A DNA stretch of 64,000 nucleotides, taken from NCBI GenBank assembly GCA_963840825.1, contig CAWJAK010000004.1:59906-123905 (forward strand), given 5' to 3'. This document shows, piece by piece, positions 25,504 to 37,156 of the stretch (the stretch's first letter is position 1; every line of letters begins with the position of its first letter). Position numbers and translations under genes: made by a program. The stretch comes from an uncultured Pseudomonadota bacterium (GTDB taxonomy: Bacteria > Pseudomonadota > Gammaproteobacteria > Burkholderiales > Rhodocyclaceae). The notes beneath the pieces are model-generated. The model made no database searches. It worked only from the letters and a program-made list of their open reading frames with translations, and had not been told where the DNA came from.

Positions 25504-27855
25504 ATGCTCTACACCCTCATCCTGCTACTCATTGTCATCCTGGCCGCCGTTGCCGCGGTGATCCTCGTCCGGCCATTGCGCCGCGCGCTGATCACGCGGC
25601 CCATTTTCGCCACCTATCGCAAGCTGCTGCCACAGATGTCCGACACCGAGCGCGAGGCGCTGGAAGCCGGCACCGTCTGGTGGGAAGGCGAATTGTTTCG
25701 CGGGCGGCCAAACTGGCGGAAGCTGCAATCTTATCCGCGTCCCCAACTGACAGCCGCCGAACAATCCTTCATGGACAACGAGGTGGCGGCGGCCTGCGGC
25801 CTCGTCGATGAGTGGCAGGTTTCGCACGAACTGTATGACCTGCCAGTGGAGGCTTGGCGCTATATCAAGGAACAGGGTTTCCTCGGCATGATCATCCCCA
25901 AGGTCTACGGCGGCCTGGAGTTTTCCGCCTACGCCCACTCGCAGGTGGTGACCAAGCTCTCGACGCGCTCGTCGGCGCTCGCGGTGTCGGTGATGGTGCC
26001 GAATTCGCTCGGCCCGGCCGAACTGCTGCTGCATTACGGTACCGAGGCGCAGAAAAGCCATTATCTGCCGCGCCTGGCCAGGGGCATCGAAGTGCCGGCC
26101 TTCGCGCTGACCAGTCCGTGGGCCGGTTCCGATGCGGCTGCCATCCCCGACAGCGGCATCGTCTGCAAGGGCACCTGGCAGGGCAGGGAAGTGCTCGGCA
26201 TGCGCGTTACCTGGGACAAGCGCTACATCACGCTGGCGCCGGTGTGCACGCTTCTCGGCCTGGCTTTCCGGCTCTATGACCCGGACGGCCTGCTCGGTGA
26301 CAAGAAGGATATTGGCATCACCTGCGCGCTGGTGCCCTACGATCATCCCGGCGTGGATACCGGGCGCCGCCACTTCCCGCTCAATGCCATGTTCATGAAC
26401 GGACCGACGCGCGGCAAGGCGGTTTTCATGCCGCTCGACTTCATCATCGGCGGACCGGCGCTGGCCGGCCAGGGCTGGCGCATGCTGATGGAGTGCCTGG
26501 CGGCAGGCCGTTCGATTTCACTGCCGTCGTCGAATGTCGGCATGGCGCAACTGACGGCGCGCAGCGTCGGCGGCTACGCGCGGGTGCGCAGCCAATTCAA
26601 GCTGGCGGTGGGGCGCTTCGAGGGCGTCGAGGAGGCGCTGACGCGCATCGGCGCTTACACCTACCTGATGGACGCCACGCGCAAGATGACAGCCGGCGCG
26701 GTCAACCTCGGCGAAAAGCCCTCGGTCGTTTCCGCCATTGCCAAATACCACGTCACCGAGCGCGCGCGCCAGGTGGTCAATGACGGCATGGACGTCATCG
26801 GCGGCAAGGGCATCTGCCTCGGGCCATCGAACTTTCTCGGCCGCGCCTACCAGCAAGTGCCGATCGGCATCACCGTCGAGGGCGCCAACATCCTGACCCG
26901 CTCGCTGATCATCTTCGGCCAGGGTGCCATCCGCTGCCATCCCTATCTGCTGCCCGAGATCCAGGCAGCACATGATCCCGATCACGCGCGCGGCCTGGCT
27001 ACTTTCGACCGGGCACTGTGGGGGCATGTCGGCTTCACCATTCGCAACGGTTTTTATGCGCTGTGGCTCGGCATGACCGGTTCGCACTTCGTTCCGGTCG
27101 GCGCCGACGTGGCGCCGGAAATGCGGCGCTATTACCAGCAGCTCACGCGTTTCTCGTCGGCCTTCGCTTTCATGGCCGACATTTCCCTGCTGGTGCTCGG
27201 CGGCAGTGCCAAGCGCCGCGAGAAGCTCTCGGGCCGGCTTGGCGACATCCTTTCGCAGATGTACCTGATGTCCTGCACGCTGAAGCGCTACGAGGACGAG
27301 GGCCGCCAGGCCGCCGATGCGCCGCTGGCGCACTGGGCGATCTGGGATTCGATGTACCAGGCCCAGCAGGCGTTCGACGGCGTGATCGCCAATTTCCCGA
27401 ATCGCTTCGTCGGCGCCTTCCTGCATCGCAGCATCTTTCCCTGGGGCCATCCCTATGTCGTGCCTGCCGATGCGTTGGGCCATCAGGTCGCCGAGGCGCT
27501 GATCGGACCGTCGGCGACTCGTGACCGCCTGACCGCCGAGTGTTATCTGCCGGCCACCGAAAACGAGCCGGTAGGCGCCATCGAGCTGGCGCTCCAGGCC
27601 ACGCTGGATGCCGAGCCGATCGAAGCGAAGATTCGCGCGGCGGAAAAGGCGGGACGTTTCGCGGACGATCCGCGCGCCAACGTGCGTGACATCGCGACGG
27701 TCGCCGTCGAGTCCGGCGTGATCACGGCGGCCGAGCATGAAGTCATGAAGCGCCGCAACGCCTTGCGCGACATCGTCGTGCGCGTCGATGACTTTCCCTT
27801 CGACTTCGACGTCGCCACAGCCAGCAAGCCCGTGGCCGCGCGAATGGCCGCCTGA
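25504..27855 (+). CDS. fadE: Long-chain acyl-CoA dehydrogenase (FadE type)
   Basis: MSDTEREALEAG, VMVPNSLGP, FALT.P.AGSDA, ITVEGANILTR. Confidence 0.93.
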   Translation: MLYTLILLLIVILAAVAAVILVRPLRRALITRPIFATYRKLLPQMSDTEREALEAGTVWWEGELFRGRPNWRKLQSYPRPQLTAAEQSFMDNEVAAACGLVDEWQVSHELYDLPVEAWRYIKEQGFLGMIIPKVYGGLEFSAYAHSQVVTKLSTRSSALAVSVMVPNSLGPAELLLHYGTEAQKSHYLPRLARGIEVPAFALTSPWAGSDAAAIPDSGIVCKGTWQGREVLGMRVTWDKRYITLAPVCTLLGLAFRLYDPDGLLGDKKDIGITCALVPYDHPGVDTGRRHFPLNAMFMNGPTRGKAVFMPLDFIIGGPALAGQGWRMLMECLAAGRSISLPSSNVGMAQLTARSVGGYARVRSQFKLAVGRFEGVEEALTRIGAYTYLMDATRKMTAGAVNLGEKPSVVSAIAKYHVTERARQVVNDGMDVIGGKGICLGPSNFLGRAYQQVPIGITVEGANILTRSLIIFGQGAIRCHPYLLPEIQAAHDPDHARGLATFDRALWGHVGFTIRNGFYALWLGMTGSHFVPVGADVAPEMRRYYQQLTRFSSAFAFMADISLLVLGGSAKRREKLSGRLGDILSQMYLMSCTLKRYEDEGRQAADAPLAHWAIWDSMYQAQQAFDGVIANFPNRFVGAFLHRSIFPWGHPYVVPADALGHQVAEALIGPSATRDRLTAECYLPATENEPVGAIELALQATLDAEPIEAKIRAAEKAGRFADDPRANVRDIATVAVESGVITAAEHEVMKRRNALRDIVVRVDDFPFDFDVATASKPVAARMAA

Positions 27856-27857
27856 CC

Positions 27858-29147
27858 ATGCGCGGGCAGGCTATCTATATTGTCGATGGCGCCCGGACGC
27901 CATTCCTCAAGGCGCAGTCCGGCCCCGGGCCCTTCGCCGCCGCCGACCTGGCGACGCAGGCCGGCCGTGCGCTGCTGCTGCGCCAGCCCTTCGCACCGCA
28001 AGATCTCGACGAGGTGATCCTCGGCTGCGCGGCGCCGTCACCCGACGAAACCAATATTGGCCGCCTGGTCGCGCTGCGCCTAGGCTGCGGCCACCCGGTG
28101 CCGGGCTGGACGGTGATGCGCAACTGCGCCTCGGGCATGCAGGCCATCGACTCGGCGCTCATGAACATCCGCGCCGGGCGTTCCGGGCTGGTACTGGCCG
28201 GCGGCGTCAACGCCCTGTCGCGCGCACCGCTGCTGTATGCCGATGCGATGGTGCGCTGGTTCGCGGGCATGATGAAGCTGAAGATGGCCGGCCAGAAATT
28301 CGGGCACCTGCTCAAGCTCAAGCCGGGTGCGCTCTTCGCCCCGGTGATCGGCCTGATGAAGGGCCTCACCGATCCGATGACCGGGTTGCTGATGGGACAG
28401 ACAGCGGAAAACCTGGCCTGGCGTTTCGACATCGACCGCCAGCAGATGGACGCGTATGCGGTGCGCAGCCATCAGCGCGCGCTGGCCGCACGAGCCGCCG
28501 GGCATTTCGCCGAGATCGTGCCGCTGGTGGATGCGCAGGGCACGGTCTACGCCGACGATGATGGCGTTCGTGCGGATGCCAGCCTGGCCGGCATGGCCAA
28601 GCCGCGGCCGTTTTTCGACAAGAAATACGGCAACATCACCGCCGCCAACAGTTCGCAAATCACCGACGGTGCGGCCTGGGTACTGCTTGCATCGGAAGAA
28701 GCCGTGGCGAAATGGCAGCTCGAACCGCTCGGTCGCATCGTCGACAGCCAGTGGGCCGGGCTCGATCCGGCCATGATGGGCCTGGGGCCGGTGCATGCGA
28801 CGACGCCCTTGCTGCAGCGGCACGGGTTGTCGCTGGACGACATCGACTACTGGGAACTCAACGAGGCCTTTGCCGCGCAGGTGCTGGCCTGTCAGGCAGC
28901 CTGGCAGGATGAGGATTACTGCCGCACACAGCTTGGCCTGCCTGACGCTCTGGGTGCGCTGGACGAGAATCGCCTGAATGTCGACGGCGGCGCGGTAGCG
29001 ATCGGCCATCCGGTCGGCGCCTCGGGCACGCGCATCGTGCTGCACCTGTTGCATGTGTTGCGACGGCACCGCGCGCAGCGCGGCATCGCGACGATCTGCA
29101 TCGGTGGCGGGCTGGGCGGCGCGATGCTGGTGGAGAATCTCCAATGA
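27858..29147 (+). CDS. Acetyl-CoA acyltransferase (FadI-like thiolase)
   Basis: RNCASG, NEAFA, GHPVGASG, CIGGG. Confidence 0.92.
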   Translation: MRGQAIYIVDGARTPFLKAQSGPGPFAAADLATQAGRALLLRQPFAPQDLDEVILGCAAPSPDETNIGRLVALRLGCGHPVPGWTVMRNCASGMQAIDSALMNIRAGRSGLVLAGGVNALSRAPLLYADAMVRWFAGMMKLKMAGQKFGHLLKLKPGALFAPVIGLMKGLTDPMTGLLMGQTAENLAWRFDIDRQQMDAYAVRSHQRALAARAAGHFAEIVPLVDAQGTVYADDDGVRADASLAGMAKPRPFFDKKYGNITAANSSQITDGAAWVLLASEEAVAKWQLEPLGRIVDSQWAGLDPAMMGLGPVHATTPLLQRHGLSLDDIDYWELNEAFAAQVLACQAAWQDEDYCRTQLGLPDALGALDENRLNVDGGAVAIGHPVGASGTRIVLHLLHVLRRHRAQRGIATICIGGGLGGAMLVENLQ

Positions 29148-31075
29148 AACACTGGCAACTCGAACGCGAAGACACGGGGCTTGTCCTGGCCACGCTGGAT
29201 CGGCAGGGCGAGTCCGCCAACGCGCTGTCGGCTGACGTAATGGCTGAATTCGGGGAAGTTCTCGACCAGTTTGAACAGTCGCCTCCCCGGGGCCTGATCA
29301 TCCGCTCCGGCAAGGCGGCGGGCTTCATTGCCGGCGCCGATATCGAAGAATTCGCGCAACTCGACAGTGCCGCGCAGGGCCGGGCACTGATCGAGCGCGG
29401 CTGGAACCTGTTCAACCGGCTGGCCGCCGTGCGCTATCCGACACTGGCGCTGGTGCGCGGCCACTGCCTCGGCGGCGGGCTCGAACTGGCGCTGGCTTGC
29501 CGCTTCCTGCTGGTCGTCGACGAGCCGGGCACCAAGCTGGGATTGCCGGAAGTGATGCTCGGCATCTTTCCGGGCTGGGGCGGCATGTTGCGCCTGCCGC
29601 AACGCATCGGGCCGGCGGCGGCGCTCGACCTGATGCTGACCGGCAAGACGCTGGATGCCCGGCGGGCGAAGAAACTGGGGCTGGCCGACGATTGTGTGCC
29701 GCCACGTGTCATGGCTGCAGCGGCGCGCCAGCTGGTGCTGTCCGGCCAGTCGCGCCGGCCGCCGCCGCTGTTGCAGTGGATCCTGAACGGCCCGTTGAAA
29801 TTCGTCGTCGCCCGTAGCGCGCGCCGGCAGGTGGCGAAGAAGGCCCGGCCGGAACACTACCCGGCGCCCTACGCCATCATCGAACTCTGGGCACAGCACG
29901 ACGGCAATGCGTTGGCCGCGCCCGAAATTCTCGATCGCATCATCCAGTCGCCGACGGCGCGCAACCTGGTGCGCGTCTATCACCTGCAGGAACGCCTGAA
30001 AGGCTACGGCAAGGAATCGGCGTTCGCGGCCCGGCGTGTCCATGTGATCGGCGCCGGCGTGATGGGCGGCGATATCGCCGCCTGGTGCGTGCTGCGCGGC
30101 ATGACCGTGAGCTTGCAGGACCAGGCGCTGGAGCACATCGCGCCGGCCCTGAAGCGCGCGCACGCGCTGTTCGTCCGGCGCCTGCGGGATCCGTTGCGGA
30201 TACGCGAGGCTTTCGATCGCTTGATTCCGGACGCAAGCGGCGCCGGCGTGGCGCATGCCGACGTGGTGATCGAAGCGATTTACGAGAACCTTGAAGCCAA
30301 GCATGCGCTGTTGCGCACCATCGAGCCACAACTCAAGCCGCATGCCGTGCTGGCGACCAATACCTCCAGCCTGCGTATCGAGGATCTGCGCACGGTGCTG
30401 GAGCAACCGGAACGGCTGGTCGGCATCCATTTCTTCAACCCGGTGGCGATGATGCCGCTGGTCGAGGTGGTGGCGGCCGCAGGTGCCGATCCGGCGGCGT
30501 TGCAGGCGGCCTATGCCTTCGTGCGGCAGATCGACAAGCTGCCGCTGCCGGTGAATAGCGCGCCGGGTTTTCTCGTCAATGCCGTGCTGGCACCTTACCT
30601 GCTGGCCGCGATGCGCGCGGTCGATGCGGGCGCGGCGCCGGCCCGCGTGGATGAAGCCATGCTCGCCTTCGGCATGCCGATGGGGCCGATTGAACTGGCC
30701 GACACGGTAGGGCTCGACATCGCACTGGCCGCGGGAAAGCAACTGGCCGGCGCGGCGGAGCCGCCGCGCTGCCTGCTCGACCGCGTGGATCAGGGACAAC
30801 TCGGCAAGAAATCCGGACAGGGCTTCTATCGCTGGGTAGACGGGAAACCGCTGAAAGTCAGCGCTGGCGGGACGGCATCCACGGGGGCGGCGTCAGCTGC
30901 TGCAATCAGCGCCGATCACATGATCGCGCCACTGATCGAACGCACCGGACAACTGGTGGCCGACGGTGTCGTCGCCGATGCCGATCTGGCCGATGCCGGC
31001 GTGATCTTTGGCACTGGTTTTGCACCCTTTACCGGCGGGCCGCTGAAATATCTTGCGGATCGCCAGCAGCGTTGA
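29144..31075 (+). CDS. Enoyl-CoA hydratase/3-hydroxyacyl-CoA dehydrogenase (FadJ/FadB-like)
   Basis: FIAGADI, GGGLELALAC, LPEV, GAGVMG, NTSS, HFFNP. Confidence 0.92.
   Translation: MKHWQLEREDTGLVLATLDRQGESANALSADVMAEFGEVLDQFEQSPPRGLIIRSGKAAGFIAGADIEEFAQLDSAAQGRALIERGWNLFNRLAAVRYPTLALVRGHCLGGGLELALACRFLLVVDEPGTKLGLPEVMLGIFPGWGGMLRLPQRIGPAAALDLMLTGKTLDARRAKKLGLADDCVPPRVMAAAARQLVLSGQSRRPPPLLQWILNGPLKFVVARSARRQVAKKARPEHYPAPYAIIELWAQHDGNALAAPEILDRIIQSPTARNLVRVYHLQERLKGYGKESAFAARRVHVIGAGVMGGDIAAWCVLRGMTVSLQDQALEHIAPALKRAHALFVRRLRDPLRIREAFDRLIPDASGAGVAHADVVIEAIYENLEAKHALLRTIEPQLKPHAVLATNTSSLRIEDLRTVLEQPERLVGIHFFNPVAMMPLVEVVAAAGADPAALQAAYAFVRQIDKLPLPVNSAPGFLVNAVLAPYLLAAMRAVDAGAAPARVDEAMLAFGMPMGPIELADTVGLDIALAAGKQLAGAAEPPRCLLDRVDQGQLGKKSGQGFYRWVDGKPLKVSAGGTASTGAASAAAISADHMIAPLIERTGQLVADGVVADADLADAGVIFGTGFAPFTGGPLKYLADRQQR
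30854..30877 (-). repeat. Dispersed 24-bp motif, copy 7 (intragenic)
   Basis: (TG)AAAGTCAGCGCTGGCGGGACGGCA encoding KVSAGGTA in a low-complexity linker. Confidence 0.9.
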
Positions 31076-31188
31076 AGTGAGTCGTGGACGCCCGTATTCC
31101 GGGCATGATGGTTGACAGCAGGGCGGGGCACCAGCTAGCTTGAGCGCATGTCGCGCAAGCGGGCTGGCCCTGACGAAAGGAGGATCGT

Positions 31189-33588
31189 TTGAAAAAACTA
31201 CTCGTGAGAAAAGCGGCCGTACTCGGCGCCGGCGTGATGGGAGCGCAGATCGCCGCGCATCTGGTCAACGCCAACGTGCCGGTCGTGCTGTTCGATCTGC
31301 CGGCGCCGGAAGGCGACAAGAACGGCGTTGTGCAAAAAGCCATCGCCGGGCTGAAGAAGCTTGAGCCCGCGCCGCTCGGTTCGAAGAGCCGGCTGAAATT
31401 CATCGATGCCGCCAACTATGACGAGCATCTGCCATTGCTGGCCGAATGCGATCTGGTCATCGAGGCGATCGCCGAGCGTACCGACTGGAAGAATGCGCTC
31501 TACGCAAAGATTGCACCGCACCTCGGTGCCGACGCCATCGTCGCATCCAATACCTCGGGCCTGTCGATCAACCTGCTGGCCGAGGGGCTGCCGGCGTCGG
31601 TGCGGCCGCGTTTCTGCGGCATCCATTTCTTCAATCCGCCGCGCTACATGCACCTGGTCGAGATCATCGCGACCCGCGGTACCGATGCCGCCACGCTGGA
31701 CGCGCTGGAAACCTGGCTGGTCTCGCGCCTCGGCAAGGGCGTCATCCGGGCGCTGGATACGCCGAACTTCGTGGCGAATCGGATCGGCGTGTTTTCCATT
31801 CTCGCCGTCATGCACCATACCGCCGCCTTTGGCCTCGGCTTCGATGAAGTCGATGCGCTGACCGGCCTGCGCATCGGCCGCCCGAAGAGCGCCACCTACC
31901 GTACCGCCGACGTGGTCGGCCTCGACACACTGGCGCACGTCGTCAAGACCATGCAGGACACCTTGCCGGACGATCCCTGGCATCGCTATTTCACGGTGCC
32001 GGCGTGGCTGGCGGCGCTGATCGCGCAAGGCGCCCTGGGGCAGAAGACCCGCTGCGGCATCTTCAGGAAACAGGGCAAGGAAATCCAGGTGCTCGACCTG
32101 ACAAAACAGGACTACCGCACCGCTGCCGGCGAAGTCGCCGAAGAAGTTTCAGCCATCCTGAAGATCAGGCAGCCGGCCGAGAAGTTCGCCGCGTTGCGGG
32201 CTTCAGATCATCCGCAAGCCCGCTTCCTGTGGGCCGTCTTCCGCGACGTCTTCCATTACTGCGCCGTGCAGCTGGAGAATATTGCCGACAGTGCCCGCGA
32301 CGTGGATTTCGCCATGCGTTGGGGGTTTGGTTGGACGCAGGGGCCGTTCGAAACCTGGCAGGCGGCCGGCTGGGCCGACATCGCGCAAGCCATCGCCGCC
32401 GATATCGCGGCCGGGAAGGCGATGAGCGACACACTGCTGCCGGCCTGGGCGCTGGAAGGCGGCCGTACCGGCGTGCATACGCCGCAGGGTTCCTGGTCCG
32501 CCCGTGGCAAGACCTTGGTCGCGCGCTCTACGCTGCCCGTCTATCAGCGCCAGATTTTCCCCGAGTGCGTGCTGGGCGAGGGGGGCGCAACCCCGGACAC
32601 TGCCGGCGAAACACTTTACGAAAATGCCGGCGTGCGCCTGTGGCGATTGCCGGACGTCGATGCCGGCATCGGCATCGTTTCGATCCGGTCGAAGATGCAT
32701 ACCGTCGGCGACGAAGTGCTCGATGGCCTGATCGCGGCCGTGCGCCAGGCCGAGACGAAGCTGGACGGTGTGGTGATCTGGCATGAGGCGCCGTTCGCCG
32801 TCGGCGCCAACCTGCAGCAGGTGGCGGAAGCCTGCGCGGCCGGCCAGTTCGACCTGCTCGAAAGGACGGTCGAGAAATTCCAGCGTACCGCGCAAATCCT
32901 GAAATATGCCCAGGTGCCGGTGGTGACCGCGGTGCAGGGCATGGCACTGGGCGGCGGTTGCGAATTCATGATGCATGCCGCCCGGCGCGTGATGGCGCTG
33001 GAAAGCTACGTCGGCCTGGTCGAGGCCGGCGTCGGGCTGATTCCCGCCGGTGGCGGCTGCAAGGAGTTCGCGGTACGCGCCGCCGACTGGGCGGCCCAAT
33101 CGGCGACGCCGGGCGAGGTGTTCAATTTCCTGCAACCGGTGTTTCAGACCATCGCGATGGGCAAGGTGGCCAAGAGCGCGCTCGAGGCCATCGATTTCGG
33201 TTTCGCCCGGCCGTCCGACACCATTTTGTTCAACGCGCACGAGTTGCTGCATGTGGCGCTCCGCGAGGCCCGCGCGCTGGCTGCTGCTGGTTTTGCGCCG
33301 CCGCTGAGTGCGCGCGATATTCCGGTGGCCGGCCGGACCGGCATTGCCACCTTCGAGATGATGCTGGTCAACATGAAGGAGGGCGGCATGATCTCGGCGC
33401 ACGACTACCGGGTCGCCAAGGCGGCCGCCATCGCCCTGTGTGGTGGCGAGGTGGAAACCGGCAGCCGGGTCGATGAGGAATGGCTGATCACGCTTGAACG
33501 CCGCCTGTTCATCGAACTGTTGAAGACGCCCGAAACGCAGGCCCGGATCAAGCACATGCTGGAAACCGGCAAGCCTTTGAGGAATTGA
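31189..33588 (+). CDS. 3-hydroxyacyl-CoA dehydrogenase/enoyl-CoA hydratase (FadN-like)
   Basis: GAGVMG, SNTSG, HFFNPPRYM, ALGGGCE, TGKPLRN; TTG start with AGGAGG RBS. Confidence 0.92.
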   Translation: MKKLLVRKAAVLGAGVMGAQIAAHLVNANVPVVLFDLPAPEGDKNGVVQKAIAGLKKLEPAPLGSKSRLKFIDAANYDEHLPLLAECDLVIEAIAERTDWKNALYAKIAPHLGADAIVASNTSGLSINLLAEGLPASVRPRFCGIHFFNPPRYMHLVEIIATRGTDAATLDALETWLVSRLGKGVIRALDTPNFVANRIGVFSILAVMHHTAAFGLGFDEVDALTGLRIGRPKSATYRTADVVGLDTLAHVVKTMQDTLPDDPWHRYFTVPAWLAALIAQGALGQKTRCGIFRKQGKEIQVLDLTKQDYRTAAGEVAEEVSAILKIRQPAEKFAALRASDHPQARFLWAVFRDVFHYCAVQLENIADSARDVDFAMRWGFGWTQGPFETWQAAGWADIAQAIAADIAAGKAMSDTLLPAWALEGGRTGVHTPQGSWSARGKTLVARSTLPVYQRQIFPECVLGEGGATPDTAGETLYENAGVRLWRLPDVDAGIGIVSIRSKMHTVGDEVLDGLIAAVRQAETKLDGVVIWHEAPFAVGANLQQVAEACAAGQFDLLERTVEKFQRTAQILKYAQVPVVTAVQGMALGGGCEFMMHAARRVMALESYVGLVEAGVGLIPAGGGCKEFAVRAADWAAQSATPGEVFNFLQPVFQTIAMGKVAKSALEAIDFGFARPSDTILFNAHELLHVALREARALAAAGFAPPLSARDIPVAGRTGIATFEMMLVNMKEGGMISAHDYRVAKAAAIALCGGEVETGSRVDEEWLITLERRLFIELLKTPETQARIKHMLETGKPLRN

Positions 33589-33589
33589 C

Positions 33590-34789
33590 ATGAACAAACA
33601 AATTCAGGAAGCCTACATCGTCGCCGCGACGCGCCTGCCCGTCGCCAAGCGCAACGGCATGTTCAGGCACGTGCGGCCGGACGACATGCTGGCCTACGCC
33701 ATCCGGTCCGTGCTGGCGCAGGTGCCGGGCATCGATCCGGCCCGCATCGGCGACGTGATCGTCGGCTGCGCAATGCCGGAAGCCGAGCAGGGCATGAACG
33801 TCGCCCGCATCGGCCTGCTGCTGGCCGGCCTGCCGGTGACCGTGCCGGGCATGACCATCAACCGCTTTTGCTCCTCGGGCGTACAGGCCGTGGCGGATGC
33901 CGCCAACCAGATTCGCCTCGGCCACGCCGACGTGATGATCGCCGCCGGCACCGAGTCGATGAGCGTGATGCCGCAGATCATGGGCAACAAGATGGCGATG
34001 AATCCGGCGATCTTCGCCAAGGAGGAAAACCTCGGCATCGCCTATGGCATGGGATTGACCGCCGAAAAGGTGGCCAGCCAGTGGCAGATCGGGCGTGAGG
34101 CGCAGGATGCCTTTGCCGTCGAGTCGCATCGCCGGGCCTGCGCGGCAATTGCCGCCGGACATTTCAAGGCCGAAACGACGCCTTACCCGATCCGCGAGAA
34201 CCTGCCGGATCTCAAGACGGGTGAAATCTTCCTGCAGGAACGAACTGCGGAAAATGACGAAGGACCGCGCCCGGATTCCAGCCTGGAGAAACTCGCCAAA
34301 TTGCGGCCGGTATTCCACGCGAAGGGTTCGGTGACGGCCGGCAATTCCTCGCAGATGTCCGACGGCGCTGCCGCAGTCATGCTGGTTTCCGAACGGGCGC
34401 TGAAGGAACACGGCCTGACGCCGCTGGCCCGCTTTGCCGGCTATGCCGTTGGCGGCGTGGCACCCGAGATCATGGGCATCGGCCCGGTCGCGGCGATTCC
34501 CCGGGTACTGGAACAGGTCGGCATCAAACAGGACGATCTCGACTGGATCGAACTGAACGAAGCCTTCGCTGCGCAGTCGCTGGCGGTCATCAAGGAACTG
34601 GGCCTCGATCCGGCCAGAGTGAATCCGCTAGGCGGCGCGATTGCGCTGGGACACCCGCTCGGCGCCACCGGCACCATCCGCACGGCAACCGTTGTGCATG
34701 GGCTGCGGCGCACCGGCGGCAAATACGGCATGGTCACGATGTGTATCGGCACCGGCATGGGGGCCGCGGGTATTTTCGAGCGCATGTAA
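33590..34789 (+). CDS. fadA: Acetyl-CoA acyltransferase (thiolase)
   Basis: NRFCSSG, NEAFA, GHPLGATG, CIGTG. Confidence 0.9.
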   Translation: MNKQIQEAYIVAATRLPVAKRNGMFRHVRPDDMLAYAIRSVLAQVPGIDPARIGDVIVGCAMPEAEQGMNVARIGLLLAGLPVTVPGMTINRFCSSGVQAVADAANQIRLGHADVMIAAGTESMSVMPQIMGNKMAMNPAIFAKEENLGIAYGMGLTAEKVASQWQIGREAQDAFAVESHRRACAAIAAGHFKAETTPYPIRENLPDLKTGEIFLQERTAENDEGPRPDSSLEKLAKLRPVFHAKGSVTAGNSSQMSDGAAAVMLVSERALKEHGLTPLARFAGYAVGGVAPEIMGIGPVAAIPRVLEQVGIKQDDLDWIELNEAFAAQSLAVIKELGLDPARVNPLGGAIALGHPLGATGTIRTATVVHGLRRTGGKYGMVTMCIGTGMGAAGIFERM

Positions 34790-34905
34790 GCCGTGCACAT
34801 TTCACGGCTGAGCCATCCCCTGCCGGTATTTTCCGGTTGTCAGCGCGACGGGTGCCGACGATAATCAGCGCAACACAAAATAATATTAATAACGAGGAGG
34901 AAGTC

Positions 34906-35481
34906 ATGGTCATAGCGAAGGGCATTCGCCGCGCCGCGCTGCTTGCGGCTCTACTTGCGGCGCCCGGCCTGCAAGCTGCCGAGGTGGCCGGCGTCAAGGT
35001 CGATGACAAGCTGCGCGTCGGCGCGAGCGATCTGGTGCTCAACGGCGCCGGCTTGCGCACCCGGTTCTTCATCAAGGTATATGTCGGGGCGTTATATGTT
35101 GTCCAGAAATCGGCCGTACCGGCGACGCATATCAACAGCGAGGCGCCGCGCCGGATGTTCCTGCACCTGCTGCGTGAACTCGATGCGGATGCGCTGCAAA
35201 GCGCCTTGCAGGACGGCCTGAACAGTAACCTGACCCCCGCCGAGTTGGCCGAGATCAAGCCGCAAACGGAACAATTGGCGGCGCTCATGAAAGCAATCGG
35301 CAAGGTGCGCGAGGGGGACGCCCTGACCATCGACTTTTCTGCCGAGGGCATCAGCCTCGGTCTGAACGGTGAAGCGCGCGGCAAGGTGGGCGGTGCCGCC
35401 TTCGCACGCGGGCTGCTCAAGGTCTGGCTCGGCGAAGATCCGGTGGACGCCGCGCTGAAAAAAGCGCTGCTTGGCGCGTAA
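34906..35481 (+). CDS. Chalcone-isomerase-fold (fatty-acid-binding-like) exported protein
   Basis: Signal peptide; [18 protein letters not shown]; [13 protein letters not shown]. Confidence 0.85.
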   Translation: MVIAKGIRRAALLAALLAAPGLQAAEVAGVKVDDKLRVGASDLVLNGAGLRTRFFIKVYVGALYVVQKSAVPATHINSEAPRRMFLHLLRELDADALQSALQDGLNSNLTPAELAEIKPQTEQLAALMKAIGKVREGDALTIDFSAEGISLGLNGEARGKVGGAAFARGLLKVWLGEDPVDAALKKALLGA

Positions 35482-35497
35482 TTGGGGGGGAAGGCTC

Positions 35498-37156
35498 ATG
35501 GAAAAAATCTGGCTGAAGAGTTACCCACAAGGCATGCCGGCGGAAATCAGCATTGCCGATGTTCCCTCGCTGGTTGCGATGTTCGAAAAAGCTTGCGCAA
35601 CGCATGCCGACAAGGTTGCCTACATCAGCATGGGGCGCGAGATGACCTATCGTCAGCTTGAAGAGCAGACGCGGGCTTTCGCCGGCTGGCTGCAAGCGCG
35701 CGGGCTGGTGAAAGGCGATCGCGTCGCGCTGATGATGCCCAATATGTTGCAGTATCCGGTGGCGCTCTTCGGCACGCTGCGCGCGGGCTGCGCCGTGGTC
35801 GGCTGCAACCCGCTCTACACGCCCCACGAACTCGAGCCGCAGTTGAAGGATTCCGGCGCCAAAGCCATCGTCATCGTCGCGAACTTCGCGCATGTGCTGG
35901 ACAAGGTCATCGGGCACACGGCCATCCAGCATGTGGTGGTGACTCCGATGGGTGAAATGCTCGGCCTGCTGAAGGGTGCGTTGGTCAATTTTGTCGTGCG
36001 CCATGTCAAAAAGATGGTGCCGCCGTGGCATCTGCCGGGTGCAATCGGCTTCAACCAGGCATTGTCCAGTGGTCGCCAGCATGGCTTCCAGCCGGTGCCG
36101 CTGGGCCATGACGATCTGGCCTTCCTGCAATACACGGGCGGTACGACCGGCCTTTCCAAGGGGGCCATGCTCACCCATGGCAACATCTGCGCCAACGTGA
36201 CCCAGGCGCATACCTGGATCAGCCCGGTGGTGCGGGATGGTCAGGAACTCATCGTCACCGCCCTGCCGCTCTACCATATCTTCGCCCTGACGGCGAACTG
36301 CCTGACGTTCATGTTGATCGGCGCGCGCAATCTCCTCATCGCCAATGCCCGCGATATTCCGGGCTTCGTCAAGGAATGGGGCAAGTATCGGGTCACCGTG
36401 GTGACCGGCGTCAACACCCTGTTCAACGCGCTGATGAACAACCCGGACTTCGCCAAGCTGGACTTTTCCAGCCTGCGCATCACGCTGGGGGGCGGGATGG
36501 CGGTGCAGGCCCCCGTCGCCGAACGTTGGCGGGAAGTGACGGGGGTGACGTTGCACCAGGCCTATGGACTGACGGAGACCTCGCCAGCGGTGACGATCAA
36601 CCCGCTCGACATGAAGGAGTTCAACGGCTCGATCGGGCTGCCGATTCCTTCGACCGAGGTTTCCATCCGCGACGACAACGATCACGAAGTGCAACTCACC
36701 CAGGTGGGCGAAATCTGCATCCGTGGCCCGCAGGTGATGAAGGGCTACTGGCAGCGGCCGGAAGATACGGAGGCCGTGTTCAACCCCGAGCGTTTTTTGC
36801 GCACCGGCGACATCGGCTATGTGGACGAAAATGGTTTCGTGTTCCTGGTCAACCGCAAGAAGGACATGATTCTGGTGTCCGGCTTCAACGTCTATCCCAA
36901 CGAGGTCGAGGAAGCGGTGGCGATGCATCCTGGCGTGATGGAGGTTGCCGCAATCGGCGTGGCGGACGAGCGCTCCGGCGAAGTGGTGAAGATCTTCGTC
37001 GTGCGCAAGGACCCCGCACTGACCGAACAGGCCTTGATCGAGCACTGCCGCAGCGTGCTGACGGGTTACAAGGTGCCCAAGCATGTCGAGTTTCGCGATG
37101 GCCTGCCGAAAACCAATGTCGGCAAGATCCTGCGCCGCGCCTTGAAGGCGGGCTGA
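35498..37156 (+). CDS. fadD: Long-chain-fatty-acid--CoA ligase
   Basis: [38 protein letters not shown]. Confidence 0.93.
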   Translation: MEKIWLKSYPQGMPAEISIADVPSLVAMFEKACATHADKVAYISMGREMTYRQLEEQTRAFAGWLQARGLVKGDRVALMMPNMLQYPVALFGTLRAGCAVVGCNPLYTPHELEPQLKDSGAKAIVIVANFAHVLDKVIGHTAIQHVVVTPMGEMLGLLKGALVNFVVRHVKKMVPPWHLPGAIGFNQALSSGRQHGFQPVPLGHDDLAFLQYTGGTTGLSKGAMLTHGNICANVTQAHTWISPVVRDGQELIVTALPLYHIFALTANCLTFMLIGARNLLIANARDIPGFVKEWGKYRVTVVTGVNTLFNALMNNPDFAKLDFSSLRITLGGGMAVQAPVAERWREVTGVTLHQAYGLTETSPAVTINPLDMKEFNGSIGLPIPSTEVSIRDDNDHEVQLTQVGEICIRGPQVMKGYWQRPEDTEAVFNPERFLRTGDIGYVDENGFVFLVNRKKDMILVSGFNVYPNEVEEAVAMHPGVMEVAAIGVADERSGEVVKIFVVRKDPALTEQALIEHCRSVLTGYKVPKHVEFRDGLPKTNVGKILRRALKAG